Assembly (NCBI GenBank): GCA_016218825.1
Contig: JACRCV010000056.1
Span: 160,416 to 224,415 of the forward strand
Direction: 5' to 3'
From: Deltaproteobacteria bacterium
GTDB lineage: Bacteria; Myxococcota; XYA12-FULL-58-9
DNA length: 64,000 bases
In this document: positions 27,673 to 38,340 of the stretch, in pieces
Layout of the letters: every line of letters begins with the position of its first letter
How positions within the stretch are numbered: position 1 is the first letter of the stretch
Notes under the pieces: model-generated
What the model saw: only the letters and a program-made list of their open reading frames with translations
Databases searched by the model: none
Told to the model about the DNA's origin: nothing
Program-made: the position numbers and the translations under genes

Positions 27673-28938
27673 TTACACTTGCTTCAACGCGTCGTCGAGC
27701 GCCTGGGTGAGATCGGCGATGTCTTCGATGCCGACCGACACCCGGATCAGGCCGTCGGTGATCCCGACCTTCTCGCGCTTCGCCTTCGGCACGCAGGCGT
27801 GGGTCATCGACGCCGGGTGCTGGATCAACGAATCGACGCAGCCGAGCGACACCGCGAGGGTGAAGACCTTGATGCGATCCATCAAGGTGCGCCCGGCCTC
27901 GACGCCGCCCTTGATGTCGAACGACACCATGCCGCCGAACTTGCCGCTCATCTGTCGCGCCGCGAGCTTGTGCTGCGGGCTCTCGGGGAGCCCGGGGTAG
28001 TAGACCCGCTCGACCTTCGGGTGCTTGACGAGGAAGCCGGCGATGGCCGCGGCGTTCTCGCAGTGGCGATCCATGCGCAGCGGCAGGGTCTTGATGCCGA
28101 GGTTCACGAGCCAGGCGTCGAAGGGGCTCGGGTTGCCGCCGGTGTCCTTGATCACCATGTAGGTCTTGTCTTTGAGCGCGTCGCTCACCGTCGTCATCGT
28201 CCCGCCGACGACGGTGCCGTGGCCGCAGAGATACTTGGTGGTCGAGTGGACGACGACGTCGGCGCCGAGCTCCAGCGGCCGCTGCAGGTACGGGGTCGCG
28301 AAGGTGTTGTCGACGATGACCTTCATCTCCGGGTTCGCGGCGTGCGCGAGCTTCGCGACCTCGGCGATGTCGGTCACCGCGAGCGTCGGGTTGGTCGGGG
28401 TCTCGAAGAGGATCGCCTTGGCCCGGGGGTTCTTCTGCACCGCGGCCCTGACCGCGTCGAGATCGGCGGTGTCGACCTCCACGGTCTTGATCCCGAGCTT
28501 GACGAGCACGTTCTGCGCCAGATGTTGGGTGGCGCCGTAGAGCACGTCGCCGAGTAGCAGCGTGTCGCCGCTCTCGCACAGCGCCAAGAGCGTGGCGCTG
28601 ATCGCCGCCATCCCCGACGAGAACGCCAAGGTCGAGACCCGGCCGCCGGGGTTCTTGAGCTTCACCTCTTTGCCCTCGAGCGCGTTCATCTTCGCCTCGA
28701 GCAAGAGCACCGTGGGGTTGCCGAGCCGGGTGTAGACGTACCCCGGACGCTCGCCGGCGAAGATCTCCGCCCCCTCGGCGGCGCTTTGGAACACGAAGGT
28801 CGAGCTTTGATAGATGGCCGCCGCGTGCGAGGTCGCTTCCGGCTGGCCGACGTGCTCGCCGGCGTGCAAGGCGCGCGTGGCGAAGCCGCAGTTCAAGAAG
28901 AACTTATCCAGGAAATCGGGGGATTTTGAGTCTTCCAC
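27673..28938 (-). CDS. PLP-dependent Cys/Met-metabolism enzyme (methionine gamma-lyase / O-acetylhomoserine sulfhydrylase family)
   Basis: Conserved PLP-lysine region ([14 protein letters not shown]) and overall Cys_Met_Meta_PP-type sequence. 60 bp upstream of cysE on the same strand. Confidence 0.85.
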   Translation of the reverse strand: MEDSKSPDFLDKFFLNCGFATRALHAGEHVGQPEATSHAAAIYQSSTFVFQSAAEGAEIFAGERPGYVYTRLGNPTVLLLEAKMNALEGKEVKLKNPGGRVSTLAFSSGMAAISATLLALCESGDTLLLGDVLYGATQHLAQNVLVKLGIKTVEVDTADLDAVRAAVQKNPRAKAILFETPTNPTLAVTDIAEVAKLAHAANPEMKVIVDNTFATPYLQRPLELGADVVVHSTTKYLCGHGTVVGGTMTTVSDALKDKTYMVIKDTGGNPSPFDAWLVNLGIKTLPLRMDRHCENAAAIAGFLVKHPKVERVYYPGLPESPQHKLAARQMSGKFGGMVSFDIKGGVEAGRTLMDRIKVFTLAVSLGCVDSLIQHPASMTHACVPKAKREKVGITDGLIRVSVGIEDIADLTQALDDALKQV

Positions 28939-29140
28939 GGCCTTGATCCTTTTCGCGGTTGTCGCGACGCGAGCCGTCCTACCACAGCTGTGCCGCTCAG
29001 GTCACCTCGCCGCCGCGGGCGTGTAGACCGTTTTCGCCTTCATCTGATTCCCGCGCCGCCGATGCGGCGTCGCTCCCCACCCCCACCCCCCTGAATCCCC
29101 CGCCCCCGAGGGGGCCGGATCACGTCCACCTGAAGACGGT

Positions 29141-30430
29141 CTACAGGTCCTCGGGCACGCAAGGCAGGATGGTCCAGGTCAGGTCGCTCTTCTCCAGCCC
29201 GAAGATCACCGAGCGATCGAAGCCGTGGCCGTTCCAGGTCAGGCGCACGACCTCGTCCTGGTCGTCGGCCGCGACGTAGAGCTCCGGCTTGCCGTCGCCG
29301 TCCAGATCGGCCGCGCCCGCGGCGTTCTCGAACCCCGTGGCGCTGTCGTCGACCAGGAGCTTGTCCCAGCCCTTGCCCTTTGCGGCGGGCGGGCGGAGCC
29401 GCCAGACGCCGGCCTTCATCGTCGAGATCACGAGCTCGCGCTTGCCGCTCCCGGTCAGATCGGCGGCGAGAAGCACCCGCGCCTGGACCGCGCCGGGGAG
29501 GCTCGCGAGGGTCTTCGCCCGCCACTCGCCCTGTCGGCCGCGCTCCAGCTGCCGCACCTCGACCGGGCTCGCCTCTTCACCCTTGTCGCCGCGCACCGCC
29601 TCGACCGCGGCGTAGAGCTCGTCCTTGCCGTCGCCGTCCAGGTCCGTCGCCAGGATCTCTTTGGCGTGGCTCCGGCCGAGCTTCGCGACCACCTCGCGGC
29701 GGTAGGTCTTCCGGGCGGCGACGTAGTCGAAGCCGAGGATGTTGCCGCTCTGCGACGCCTCCGCCTTGTTGGGCTTCGAGGGCGTCACGAAGATCTCGAG
29801 GACGCCGTCGCCGTCCACGTCGCCGAGCTCGACCTCGTGGATGAAAGTGTCGGGCTCGCGGTAGATCTCGCGCGCCCGCCAACCGCTCCCGGCGCGCGCC
29901 AACACCGCCACCACCCCCTGGTCGTGGGTGCCGATCACGAGCTCGCGCTTGCCGTCGCCGTCGACGTCACCGATCTCGAAGTCGCGCAGGCGGTCCCACT
30001 TGCCGCCGAAAGTCGCCTGCCAGAGCGCGGTGCTGGTCCAGGCGCCGCCCTCGACCCGCCAGAGCTTGAGATAGGCGCCGGTGCCGCCGATGGTCAGCAA
30101 GCGGCTGGCGCCGGCGTCGGTCACGCAGACCGCCTTGTGCAACACTCGGCTGTCCTCGTCCTGCAGCACCTCCACCTTCCAGGTCGGGGTACCGGGCGCC
30201 AGCATCACCAGCTTCGCGGGACCGGGCTTGACCGAGCGCTTGCCGTCGGCGCCGTCCTCCCAGACGAACTGCGCCTGCGCCAACAGCAGGGTCTTCGGGC
30301 TCGGGAAGGTCGGCGCCGCCGGAGCCGGCGCGGCGCTCGGCTCCTTCACGAGTGGAGGCGGCGCGGGCGCCGGGGTGCAGGACGACGCGAACGACAGCGT
30401 CGCGACGAGAGCGGTGCACAGAGTTCGCAT
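29141..30430 (-). CDS. FG-GAP/beta-propeller repeat lipoprotein
   Basis: Signal peptide plus lipobox (LSFASSC). Repeated GDVDGDG..EL calcium-loop-like motifs. Confidence 0.7.
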   Translation of the reverse strand: MRTLCTALVATLSFASSCTPAPAPPPLVKEPSAAPAPAAPTFPSPKTLLLAQAQFVWEDGADGKRSVKPGPAKLVMLAPGTPTWKVEVLQDEDSRVLHKAVCVTDAGASRLLTIGGTGAYLKLWRVEGGAWTSTALWQATFGGKWDRLRDFEIGDVDGDGKRELVIGTHDQGVVAVLARAGSGWRAREIYREPDTFIHEVELGDVDGDGVLEIFVTPSKPNKAEASQSGNILGFDYVAARKTYRREVVAKLGRSHAKEILATDLDGDGKDELYAAVEAVRGDKGEEASPVEVRQLERGRQGEWRAKTLASLPGAVQARVLLAADLTGSGKRELVISTMKAGVWRLRPPAAKGKGWDKLLVDDSATGFENAAGAADLDGDGKPELYVAADDQDEVVRLTWNGHGFDRSVIFGLEKSDLTWTILPCVPEDL

Positions 30431-30570
30431 GGGCGTCAGTCTCCTGGGGCGGCAGTTATCGCCGGCCCCGACGCAGGGTCAAGCGTCTCCTCGGCCGCCC
30501 GCCGGCGCGGGTTCACGGTCCGGTGACTTGGCGCGGCCGCCGAGATATAGCAGCGCCGGCCGGACGCTGC

Positions 30571-32304
30571 ATGCACAGACCCCACCTCATCCTCGTCGTC
30601 GCCCTGGGCTCCGGTCTGACGACCTGCCGCTCGCCCGCCCCGGTCGACCGGCCGCCGGACCCGACGTTGGGCCGCACCTGGCAAGACGAGGTCATCTACC
30701 AGCTCCTCACCGACCGGTTCGCGAACGGCGACTCGACCAACGACGCCGGCGCCGAGCCGAGCTGCGGCGGCTGCTATCACGGCGGCGACTGGCGCGGCGT
30801 CGCTTCCCGCCTCGACTACCTGCAGACCCTGGGGGTCACCGCGATCTGGATCTCGCCGGTGGTCGCGAACATCGACACCCCGAGCCGCGGCCAGGCGTAC
30901 CACGGCTACTGGCCGCTGGCCCTCGACCGCGTCAACGAGCGCTTCGGCACCCTCGACGATCTGCAGGCGCTGGTCGCCGCGGCCCACGCCCGCGGCATCA
31001 AGGTCATCGCCGACGTGGTCTTGAACCACCTCGGCCCGGTGGCGTTCTACGACCTCAACGGCAACGGCGTCCTCGACGAGACCGGCGGCGCCGGCGACCC
31101 CGCCAACGAGCTCTCGCCGCCCTTCGACCCCCAAGGGGTCAAGGACCAGCAAGGCACCCTCGCCGCGCCCTTCCTGTTCTTTCCCGCGGCCACCACCACG
31201 ACCGCCGGGATCTCGCCCGCGGTGTTGCGGGCGCCGGCCGCGTTTCACCGCCGCGGGCTGATCCTGGACTACAACGAGCCGGCGCAGTCGCTGACCGGCG
31301 ACTTCAGGGGCGGGCTGCGCGACCTCGACACCTCGGACCCTGCGGTCGAGGAGGCGCTCGTCGACCTGACCCTCGCCTGGGACGAGCTGGTCGGCTTCGA
31401 CGGCTATCGCTACGACGCCGCCAAGCACGTCGAAGACGCGTTCTGGCGCGTCCTGCTCCCGGCGCTCAGGGACCGCCGCGGTCCGCCGCCGGACGCCGGC
31501 GACGGCCTGTTGCAGTTCCCCGAGGTCCTGGACGGCCGCCCCGACTACTTGGCGACCTTCACGAGGCCCGAGATGTTCGACACCGTGCTCGACTTCGCGT
31601 CCAAGTTTCGGGTCTTCGACGAGGTGTTCAAGCACGGCGGGCCGGCGAGCGCCGTCCTCGCCACCTGGAGAGAGACCACGGCGGCGTTTCCGAGCGAGCC
31701 GCAGATCGCGGGGATAAGCACCGCACCGGCGGCGACGCTGCTCCGTTTCCTCGACAACCACGACCTGCCCCGCTTCCTCTCCGAGAACCCGAGCATCGAG
31801 GCGCTGCACGCGGCGCTCGCCTACCTCGTCCTCGGTGACGGCGTCCCGGTGATCTACTACGGCACCGAGCAGGCGTTCGCGGGCGGCACCGATCCCGGCA
31901 ACCGCGAGGACTTGAGCCGGTCCGGCTACGCCACCGACGGCGCGACCTTCCGCTTCCTGCAGACCCTCATCGGCCTGCGCCGCACCTACGTCGCGTTGCG
32001 CCGCGGCGACACCCGCTTCGTCTGGGCCTCCGAGCACACCGGCAACGAGACCGACGCCGGCGTCCTCGCCTTCGAGCGGGTCGCGGGCGGCGAGCGCCTG
32101 CTGGTCGTGATCAACACCCACGCCACGAAGACGAGCGACACCACCTACCTCGGCGAGACGCTGCAGGTCGGCTTCGCGCCGGGCACCGTGCTCGTCGATC
32201 TCTTGGCCGGCGACCACACGAGGTACGTGGTGGCGGCCGACGGCGGCCTCCGCCTCTCGGTGCCACCGCACGGCGCGCGGCTCCTCGCGCCGGTGTCACC
32301 GTGA
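30571..32304 (+). CDS. Secreted GH13 alpha-amylase-family glycoside hydrolase (lipoprotein)
   Basis: GH13 regions DVVLNH, GYRYDAAKH and FLDNHD. Signal peptide plus lipobox (ALGSGLTTC). Start ATG at 30571. Confidence 0.85.
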   Translation: MHRPHLILVVALGSGLTTCRSPAPVDRPPDPTLGRTWQDEVIYQLLTDRFANGDSTNDAGAEPSCGGCYHGGDWRGVASRLDYLQTLGVTAIWISPVVANIDTPSRGQAYHGYWPLALDRVNERFGTLDDLQALVAAAHARGIKVIADVVLNHLGPVAFYDLNGNGVLDETGGAGDPANELSPPFDPQGVKDQQGTLAAPFLFFPAATTTTAGISPAVLRAPAAFHRRGLILDYNEPAQSLTGDFRGGLRDLDTSDPAVEEALVDLTLAWDELVGFDGYRYDAAKHVEDAFWRVLLPALRDRRGPPPDAGDGLLQFPEVLDGRPDYLATFTRPEMFDTVLDFASKFRVFDEVFKHGGPASAVLATWRETTAAFPSEPQIAGISTAPAATLLRFLDNHDLPRFLSENPSIEALHAALAYLVLGDGVPVIYYGTEQAFAGGTDPGNREDLSRSGYATDGATFRFLQTLIGLRRTYVALRRGDTRFVWASEHTGNETDAGVLAFERVAGGERLLVVINTHATKTSDTTYLGETLQVGFAPGTVLVDLLAGDHTRYVVAADGGLRLSVPPHGARLLAPVSP

Positions 32305-32348
32305 GCGAGCCCGCGGCCGCGCGGGAATCAAGTGAGGCCGAGGGCGTT

Positions 32349-33818
32349 CTACTCGCCGGTCGCGGCCTCGACGCTGCCCCGATCGGCGTCCATGTCGTGC
32401 GGCAAGCTGCCGCGCGGCGCGCGCAAGTACGCGAACGGCGTGCAGGCGCCGAGGTTCGAGACTCGCGAGGTGTAGATGTCGGCGTAGCGCTCGATCTGGC
32501 GCGCCAGCAGGCTCTTGTCGTTGCCGGCGCGCATCAAGAGCCCCCAGCGCGGATTGGCCAGCTCGCTCGCGCGGCGCGCCAGCGGCGCGATCTTGTCGTC
32601 CATCTCCGAGAGCTCGGCCCGGAGCGCCTGCAGCTCCTCTTTGAGGGCCGCCGCTGACGCCTCGGAGACGCCGTCATAGCCGCCCTCGCGCCGCAGCAGC
32701 TCCAAACGCAGCCGGGTGTAGCGGCGCTCGATCGCCTCCTTGTCGTGCATCAGACCATCCAGGGCCCGCTGCTCGCCCTGAAACGCCGCGAGCGCCGCGA
32801 CCTCGTCCTCGATCTCGCGGACCACGAGCGCGGTGCGCCAGCGCAGCAGGCTCTTCGACACGTGGACGTCGGAGAAGATGTGATCGCCGACGTACAAGAT
32901 CTCGGCGCCGGACAGCCCGAGGTGCTTCTCGACCGTCGCGGCGTCGCCGCCCCAGTAGACCCCGCCCGCCGCGAGCCCGCCGGCGGCCGGCCGCAACAGC
33001 CCCTCGGGGCTGACGACCTCGAAGAGCGGATTCGGCTGGCTGAAGAACTCCGGCTTGCGCGCCGACACGATCACCATGTCGAACAACGTCCGCCAGCCGC
33101 GGCTCGCGTCGGGCGCAGCGCCGAAGACCAACCCCATCATCGCCTGGGTGTAGGCCCAGTCGGAGTTGGTGATCAGCAGCACCTTCTTGCCGGCGGCCCG
33201 CAGGTCTTTGAGCGTCAGTGCCAGCGCCGGATCCGCCTCGACGAAGGTCGCCGGCGCCGCGATGATCTCGGCCTTCAGCTCGCCCTCGGCGTGGACCGCG
33301 TCGAGGCTGCGGCGGACTTTGTCGTACAGGCCGCCGTAGCCCATGATCCCGGGCAGGCGGCGGGCGTCGAAGAGATCGACCGTCTGCGCGTACAAGCAGG
33401 CCTCGGACAGCGCGAACAGCGTGCTCATCAAGCGGAATCGAGGCTCGGCGAGATCGACCAAGACCCCGGCGTACACCTGGCGCTGCTCCTCGAACGACAA
33501 CATCCGCGTGCCGTGCATCGCGCGCTTCACGTAGCCGAAGCGATCCGCCTTCACCAGGTTGCCGCTCTCGGTGTCGAACACCAGCCCCAAGGTCGCGAGC
33601 TCCGGATCGAACACCGCGTCGGCGAGCGGCCAGCCGAGCGCCAAGAGCCGCTGTCGGGCATGCTCGTAGGCCCGCTCTTCCCACGCCTCGGTGCGGTAGT
33701 GCACCAGGGTGTAGTCCATGTCGAACCCGACGGCGCGGATGGCGCGCAGGTTCAGGGTGCGGTTGCAGAACACGCGCCGCCCCGGCACGGGGCGGTCGCT
33801 CTCCTCATGGTTCGTCAT
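32349..33818 (-). CDS. HAD-IG family cytosolic 5'-nucleotidase (cN-II-like)
   Basis: VFCNRTLNLRAIRAVGFDMDYTLVHY HAD motif I of the 5'-nucleotidase family. Start ATG at 33818 (33833 is the alternative). Confidence 0.8.
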   Translation of the reverse strand: MTNHEESDRPVPGRRVFCNRTLNLRAIRAVGFDMDYTLVHYRTEAWEERAYEHARQRLLALGWPLADAVFDPELATLGLVFDTESGNLVKADRFGYVKRAMHGTRMLSFEEQRQVYAGVLVDLAEPRFRLMSTLFALSEACLYAQTVDLFDARRLPGIMGYGGLYDKVRRSLDAVHAEGELKAEIIAAPATFVEADPALALTLKDLRAAGKKVLLITNSDWAYTQAMMGLVFGAAPDASRGWRTLFDMVIVSARKPEFFSQPNPLFEVVSPEGLLRPAAGGLAAGGVYWGGDAATVEKHLGLSGAEILYVGDHIFSDVHVSKSLLRWRTALVVREIEDEVAALAAFQGEQRALDGLMHDKEAIERRYTRLRLELLRREGGYDGVSEASAAALKEELQALRAELSEMDDKIAPLARRASELANPRWGLLMRAGNDKSLLARQIERYADIYTSRVSNLGACTPFAYLRAPRGSLPHDMDADRGSVEAATGE

Positions 33819-34022
33819 CGGGCCTCCGGACATGCCACATCGATCCGAACGTTGCCGGTGCCATCCGCTCCCGCCTGCCATCCGGGCCGGTCGCGGTCAA
33901 GGAGATAAGGGCCGTTCACGACCGAGACCCAGGGCGATTGCCCTGGACCGAGCCCCGGCCCGCCTTGCGGGAGCCGGGGACCTCTGTTATCGCCCCCCCG
34001 AACTGGAGCGGTGGACCTTGGG

Positions 34023-34490
34023 ATGAGCACCATTCGGCCCGCGCTGTTGGCAGACCTGCCGCTGTTGGCGGCGCGCCTGTCGCCGTTGCCACTCTTCACG
34101 CGCTACGGTCACACCGCGACCCGGCTCGAGCAGCTCCTCGGCGGCGCGCTCGGCCGCGGTGAGCAGTTGCTGGTCATCGACGCCGACGGCCCGCGGGGTA
34201 TGGCGTGGTTCCTGACGAGCGGCACCCTGGGCATCGGCGGCTATTTGCGGCTGATCGCGGTCGACCCGACCTTCCAGAACCGCGGCACCGGGGCGGCGCT
34301 GCTCGCCGCCTTCGAGACCCACACCTTCGCAAAGAGCGCGCACGCCTTCCTCTTGGTCAGCGACTTCAACGACGGCGCCCAGCGCTTCTACGAACGGCAC
34401 GGCTACGTCCGCGTCGGCGCCCTTGCCGGCCTCGTATTGCCGGAGGTCAACGAGCTGTTGTACTGGAAGCGCCGCCCGCCGGCCTCTTGA
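34023..34490 (+). CDS. GNAT family N-acetyltransferase
   Basis: Acetyl-CoA binding motif (RLIAVDPTFQNRGTGAALL). An alternative GTG start is at 34011. Confidence 0.7.
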   Translation: MSTIRPALLADLPLLAARLSPLPLFTRYGHTATRLEQLLGGALGRGEQLLVIDADGPRGMAWFLTSGTLGIGGYLRLIAVDPTFQNRGTGAALLAAFETHTFAKSAHAFLLVSDFNDGAQRFYERHGYVRVGALAGLVLPEVNELLYWKRRPPAS

Positions 34491-34512
34491 GCCCCCGAGC
34501 CGTCAGCTGCAG

Positions 34513-35907
34513 ATGAACACACAGGCGTCAGGGTCGCAGGCTGCCGGTTTGCCGCCGCCCGCGGCGCGGGCCTTCGCACCCCGAGCTCTGCGCCTGCGCC
34601 GCAACCTCGCCTACAGCATGGCCGACGCGTTCGCCTTCAGCTTCATGGTCGGCGGCGGCGAGGTGTATCTCCCGGCCTTCGCGCTGGCGCTGCAGATGGG
34701 AGAGACGGTCGCCGGGCTGCTCGCGGCGCTGCCGCTGTTGGTCGGGGCGCTCTTGCAGCTCGTGTCGCCGTTCGCGGTGCGAACCCTCGGCTCCTACAAG
34801 CATTGGGTGATCCTGTGCGCGTCGATCCAGGCGTGCGTCTTCGTGCCGCTCGTGGCCGCGGCCGTCCGCGGCTCGCTCTCGGTCGCCGCGGTCTTCTTGT
34901 TGGTCGCGACCTATTGGGGCGCGGCGCTCGCCACCGGCCCGGCGTGGAACACCTGGATCGAGCAGCTGGTGCCACGACCGATCCGCGCCCATTACTTCGC
35001 GCGCCGCAACCGGCTGGGGCAGATGGGGCTGCTCGCCGGCATCGTCGGCGGCGGCGCGCTGCTGCAGCTCGGCAGGGGCGCGCGTCGCGAGCTCGCGGCG
35101 TTCGCGGTGCTGTTCGCGGCCGCCGGCGTCTCGCGCCTGGCCTCGGTGCTCTTTCTCACTCGACAGCATGAAGAGCGCCGGTCGATCCGCGCCGACCGTC
35201 AGCTGTCGCTGTGGGTCTGGGCCAGGCGGCTCAAGAGCAGCAGCGACGGCCGACTGCTCGTCTACCTGCTCGCGATGCAGACCGCGGTGTACGTCGCCGG
35301 GCCCTACTTTACCCCCTACATGCTGCACCAACTGAGCTTCTCGTATGTCACCTACATGGGGCTGTTGTCGGTCTCTCTCGTCACCAAGATCCTCTGCCTG
35401 CCGGCGATCGGGCTGTTGGGCCGCCGGATCGGCGCGCATCGGCTCCTGTGGTTGGGCGGCGCCGGCATCGTACCGATGTCAGCCACCTGGTTGGTCTCAG
35501 ACAACCTGGTCTACCTGTCGCTGATCCAGGTCGCCTCCGGCGTAACCTGGGCGGCCTACGAGCTGGCGACGGTGTTGATCTTCTTCGAGACCATCCGCGC
35601 CGACGAGCGGGTGAGCATGCTGACCTTCTTCAACCTGGCGAACGCCGCGGCGCTCGTGGTCGGCTCCGCGATCGGCGGTCTGCTCCTCCACGGCCTCGGC
35701 GAGACCCGCGTCGCCTACGGCGTGCTCTTCGCGCTGTCGTGCCTGCTGCGCGGCGCGAGCCTGCTCTTGCTCCCCAAGGCCGACAAGATCCGGGCGGCGC
35801 AGGTCCCGATCGACGTCACGACGTTGACCGTGCGGGCCGACGTCGGCGGCATCGCGCGCCCGATGCTGCCCGGCCTGAGAGACACGCCCGACCGAGAGCG
35901 CGGCTAG
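34513..35907 (+). CDS. MFS transporter
   Basis: About 12 predicted TM helices. The N-terminal half has a conserved Arg-rich cytoplasmic loop motif (RNRLG) after TM helices. Start ATG at 34513 (MNTQASG). Confidence 0.7.
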   Translation: MNTQASGSQAAGLPPPAARAFAPRALRLRRNLAYSMADAFAFSFMVGGGEVYLPAFALALQMGETVAGLLAALPLLVGALLQLVSPFAVRTLGSYKHWVILCASIQACVFVPLVAAAVRGSLSVAAVFLLVATYWGAALATGPAWNTWIEQLVPRPIRAHYFARRNRLGQMGLLAGIVGGGALLQLGRGARRELAAFAVLFAAAGVSRLASVLFLTRQHEERRSIRADRQLSLWVWARRLKSSSDGRLLVYLLAMQTAVYVAGPYFTPYMLHQLSFSYVTYMGLLSVSLVTKILCLPAIGLLGRRIGAHRLLWLGGAGIVPMSATWLVSDNLVYLSLIQVASGVTWAAYELATVLIFFETIRADERVSMLTFFNLANAAALVVGSAIGGLLLHGLGETRVAYGVLFALSCLLRGASLLLLPKADKIRAAQVPIDVTTLTVRADVGGIARPMLPGLRDTPDRERG

Positions 35908-36082
35908 CGTCGCACCCACACCGCCCCACACCGAGAGGATCTTTGCCACCGCGCCGTCTTTGTTGCGGCGCCCTGCGCCGCCGAGGGTTACACTGTGAGT
36001 GGGTTCCGCCAGCGCTTGGTTCTAGCGGCCCTGTTGGAAGTACGGGCGACAGGGCGGACCGCAACAGCGAGGCGCGAGCTCC

Positions 36083-36778
36083 ATGTCTTCAGTCGACCGT
36101 TTCGTGATTGGCGTCGAGTCCACCGACGTCGCCGGGCAGATCCACACCGTCGGCATCAAACCGCGGCTGCGCGGCGTCCCCGACGTCTTCGCGACCATGC
36201 TCGCGGTGCCGGCGGCGGCGCTGCTCATCGCCCATGCGGCCGACGGCGTGGCGCGCACCGCCAGCGTCATCTACGGCGTCGCCCTGGTGCTGTTGTTCGC
36301 GGTGAGCGCGACCTACCACACCCCCACCTGGCCGATCCGCGTCCGCAATATCCTGCGGCAGCTGGATCACTCGACGATCTACGTGCTGATCGCGGCATCC
36401 TATACCCCGCCCTGCCTGCTCGCGCTCCCGCGTCACGAGGGCCTGGCGCTGCTCACCGTCGTCTGGATCACCGCGGCGGCGGGCTTCATCAAGTCGGCGG
36501 TGTGGCGCAAGGCGCCGCGCTGGCTGAACGCCGGCGTCTACGTGCTCATGGGCTGGGCGGTGTCGCCGTTCGTGGTCGAGCTCTACCACGGCCTGGGGTT
36601 CTTGGGGGCGCTGCTGCTCCTCGGCGGCGGCGTCATCTACACGGTCGGCGCCGTCATCTACTCCCGGCGCTGGCCGAACCCCTACCCCACCGTCTTCGGC
36701 TACCACGAGCTGTTCCACGTGTTCGTGGTCGCCGCAGCGGCCACCCAGTACGTGGCGATGTGGAACTTGGTCGGTTGA
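36083..36778 (+). CDS. Hemolysin III / PAQR family channel protein
   Basis: 7-TM protein with HlyIII signature histidines (TYH...HELFH). Confidence 0.85.
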   Translation: MSSVDRFVIGVESTDVAGQIHTVGIKPRLRGVPDVFATMLAVPAAALLIAHAADGVARTASVIYGVALVLLFAVSATYHTPTWPIRVRNILRQLDHSTIYVLIAASYTPPCLLALPRHEGLALLTVVWITAAAGFIKSAVWRKAPRWLNAGVYVLMGWAVSPFVVELYHGLGFLGALLLLGGGVIYTVGAVIYSRRWPNPYPTVFGYHELFHVFVVAAAATQYVAMWNLVG

Positions 36779-36787
36779 CCACGGCCG

Positions 36788-38287
36788 TCAGGCGCCGAGC
36801 GACCGGGGCTCGGCGTGCACCGCGACCCGGGTGAGCTCCGGCACCGCGGCGCGCAACGCCGCCTCCAGCCGGTCGGTGATCGCGTGCGCCTCGTCCATCG
36901 GGGTCTCGGCGGCGAGGAAGCAGTGACACGAGAGGTAGATGCCGGTCGCGGTGCGCGCGAACATCAGGTCATGGACCGCCGCGTCACCGACGACCCTGCG
37001 AGACACCGCCTCCACCTTGGAGGCCAGCGCCGCGCGCGTCCCGGCGTCGATCTCCCCCGAGACCTCCGCCTCGTCTTGGGCGAGCTCGAGGTGAATGTCG
37101 ACGCGGGAGAGCTCGGGCACGTCCCGGCGTACGCGCCTCTCGATCCGATCGGCGATCGCGTGACCTTCGCCGAGCGCCATCCGCCGCGGCAGCTCGATGT
37201 GCAGGTCGGCGTGACCCGCCGGCCCGTCTCTGCGCGCCGTGATGTCGTGCGCCTGGATGCCCTCGGAGGCGACGGCGATCGCGATGCGGTCGTGCAACGA
37301 CAACGAGCCCTCGACCTCGGCGTTCAACTGCACGGTGATGTGCGCCGCGCCGCCGAGCACCTCGCCGATCCGTCGCCGCACCTCCGCCGCCAGCCGCTCG
37401 CCCTCGGCCACCGGCAGGTTCCGCTGCATGCCGACCTCGACCTCCGCGAAGTATTGGTCGCCCGCCTGCCGCAGGCGAAGCTCCGGCGCCCCGGCGACGC
37501 CCGGCAGACCGGCGAGCGCGGCGCGGATCGCATCGAGCTTTCCGGCCGGGGCGCGATCGAGGAGCATGTCGGCGGCCCGCCTCCCGAGGTTCCACGACAG
37601 CACCAGGACGATGAGCGCCACGATGCTCGCCGCGATCGGATCGGCGAGCGTCAGCCACGCGACCCCGGACGTCCGGGCGACGACCACACCCACGAGCCCG
37701 ACGATGACGACGGCCGACGACGCGATGTCGGTCGAGAAATGCAGCGCGTCGGCCTCGAGCGCCTGGCTGTTGCTCATCCGCGCCACCCGCGCCAGATCGC
37801 GGGAGCGCACCAGATCGATCACGATCGAGGCGCCCATCACCGCGAAGGCGTACCCGCTCGGCTCCACCTCCGGGCCCTGGCCCATGAAGCGCTTGCCCGC
37901 CTCGTAGAGGATCCACACCGAGGTCGCGGCGAGCAGCAAGCTCTCGACGAGCGCCGAGAGGTTCTCGATCTTGCCGTGACCGTACTGATGCTCGGCGTCG
38001 GGCGGCCGCCACGAGCTCCGGACCGCGAACAAGGTGACCGCGGCCGCGCCAAAATCGAGCGCCGAGTGCGCCGCCTCGGCCAGCAGACCCAACGACCCGG
38101 TCGCGAGGCCGGCGATGAGCTTGATCGTCGTCAGGAAACCACCGGCGAGAACGCTCGCCAGCGCGGCGCGGATCTTCTCGCGGATGAGAAGCCGCCGCTC
38201 CCCGTCGATCGTCGGAACCGTGGTGTTCGACACAGGGCCCCCGCTCTCGTTGTCCGGCCGTTGTACCAGAGCGCGGAGCCGAGGCAA
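36788..38287 (-). CDS. Cation diffusion facilitator (CDF) metal efflux transporter with extended/duplicated C-terminal cytoplasmic domain
   Basis: TM domain with HSALDFG and HFSTD metal-site motifs, then two successive CTD-like regions. Start not verified. Confidence 0.75.
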   Translation of the reverse strand: MPRLRALVQRPDNESGGPVSNTTVPTIDGERRLLIREKIRAALASVLAGGFLTTIKLIAGLATGSLGLLAEAAHSALDFGAAAVTLFAVRSSWRPPDAEHQYGHGKIENLSALVESLLLAATSVWILYEAGKRFMGQGPEVEPSGYAFAVMGASIVIDLVRSRDLARVARMSNSQALEADALHFSTDIASSAVVIVGLVGVVVARTSGVAWLTLADPIAASIVALIVLVLSWNLGRRAADMLLDRAPAGKLDAIRAALAGLPGVAGAPELRLRQAGDQYFAEVEVGMQRNLPVAEGERLAAEVRRRIGEVLGGAAHITVQLNAEVEGSLSLHDRIAIAVASEGIQAHDITARRDGPAGHADLHIELPRRMALGEGHAIADRIERRVRRDVPELSRVDIHLELAQDEAEVSGEIDAGTRAALASKVEAVSRRVVGDAAVHDLMFARTATGIYLSCHCFLAAETPMDEAHAITDRLEAALRAAVPELTRVAVHAEPRSLGA

Positions 38288-38340
38288 GTCAGGCCCCCCC
38301 TGCGCGAGAATTGTTCTCGCCAGACCGTGCGTGATAGGTA

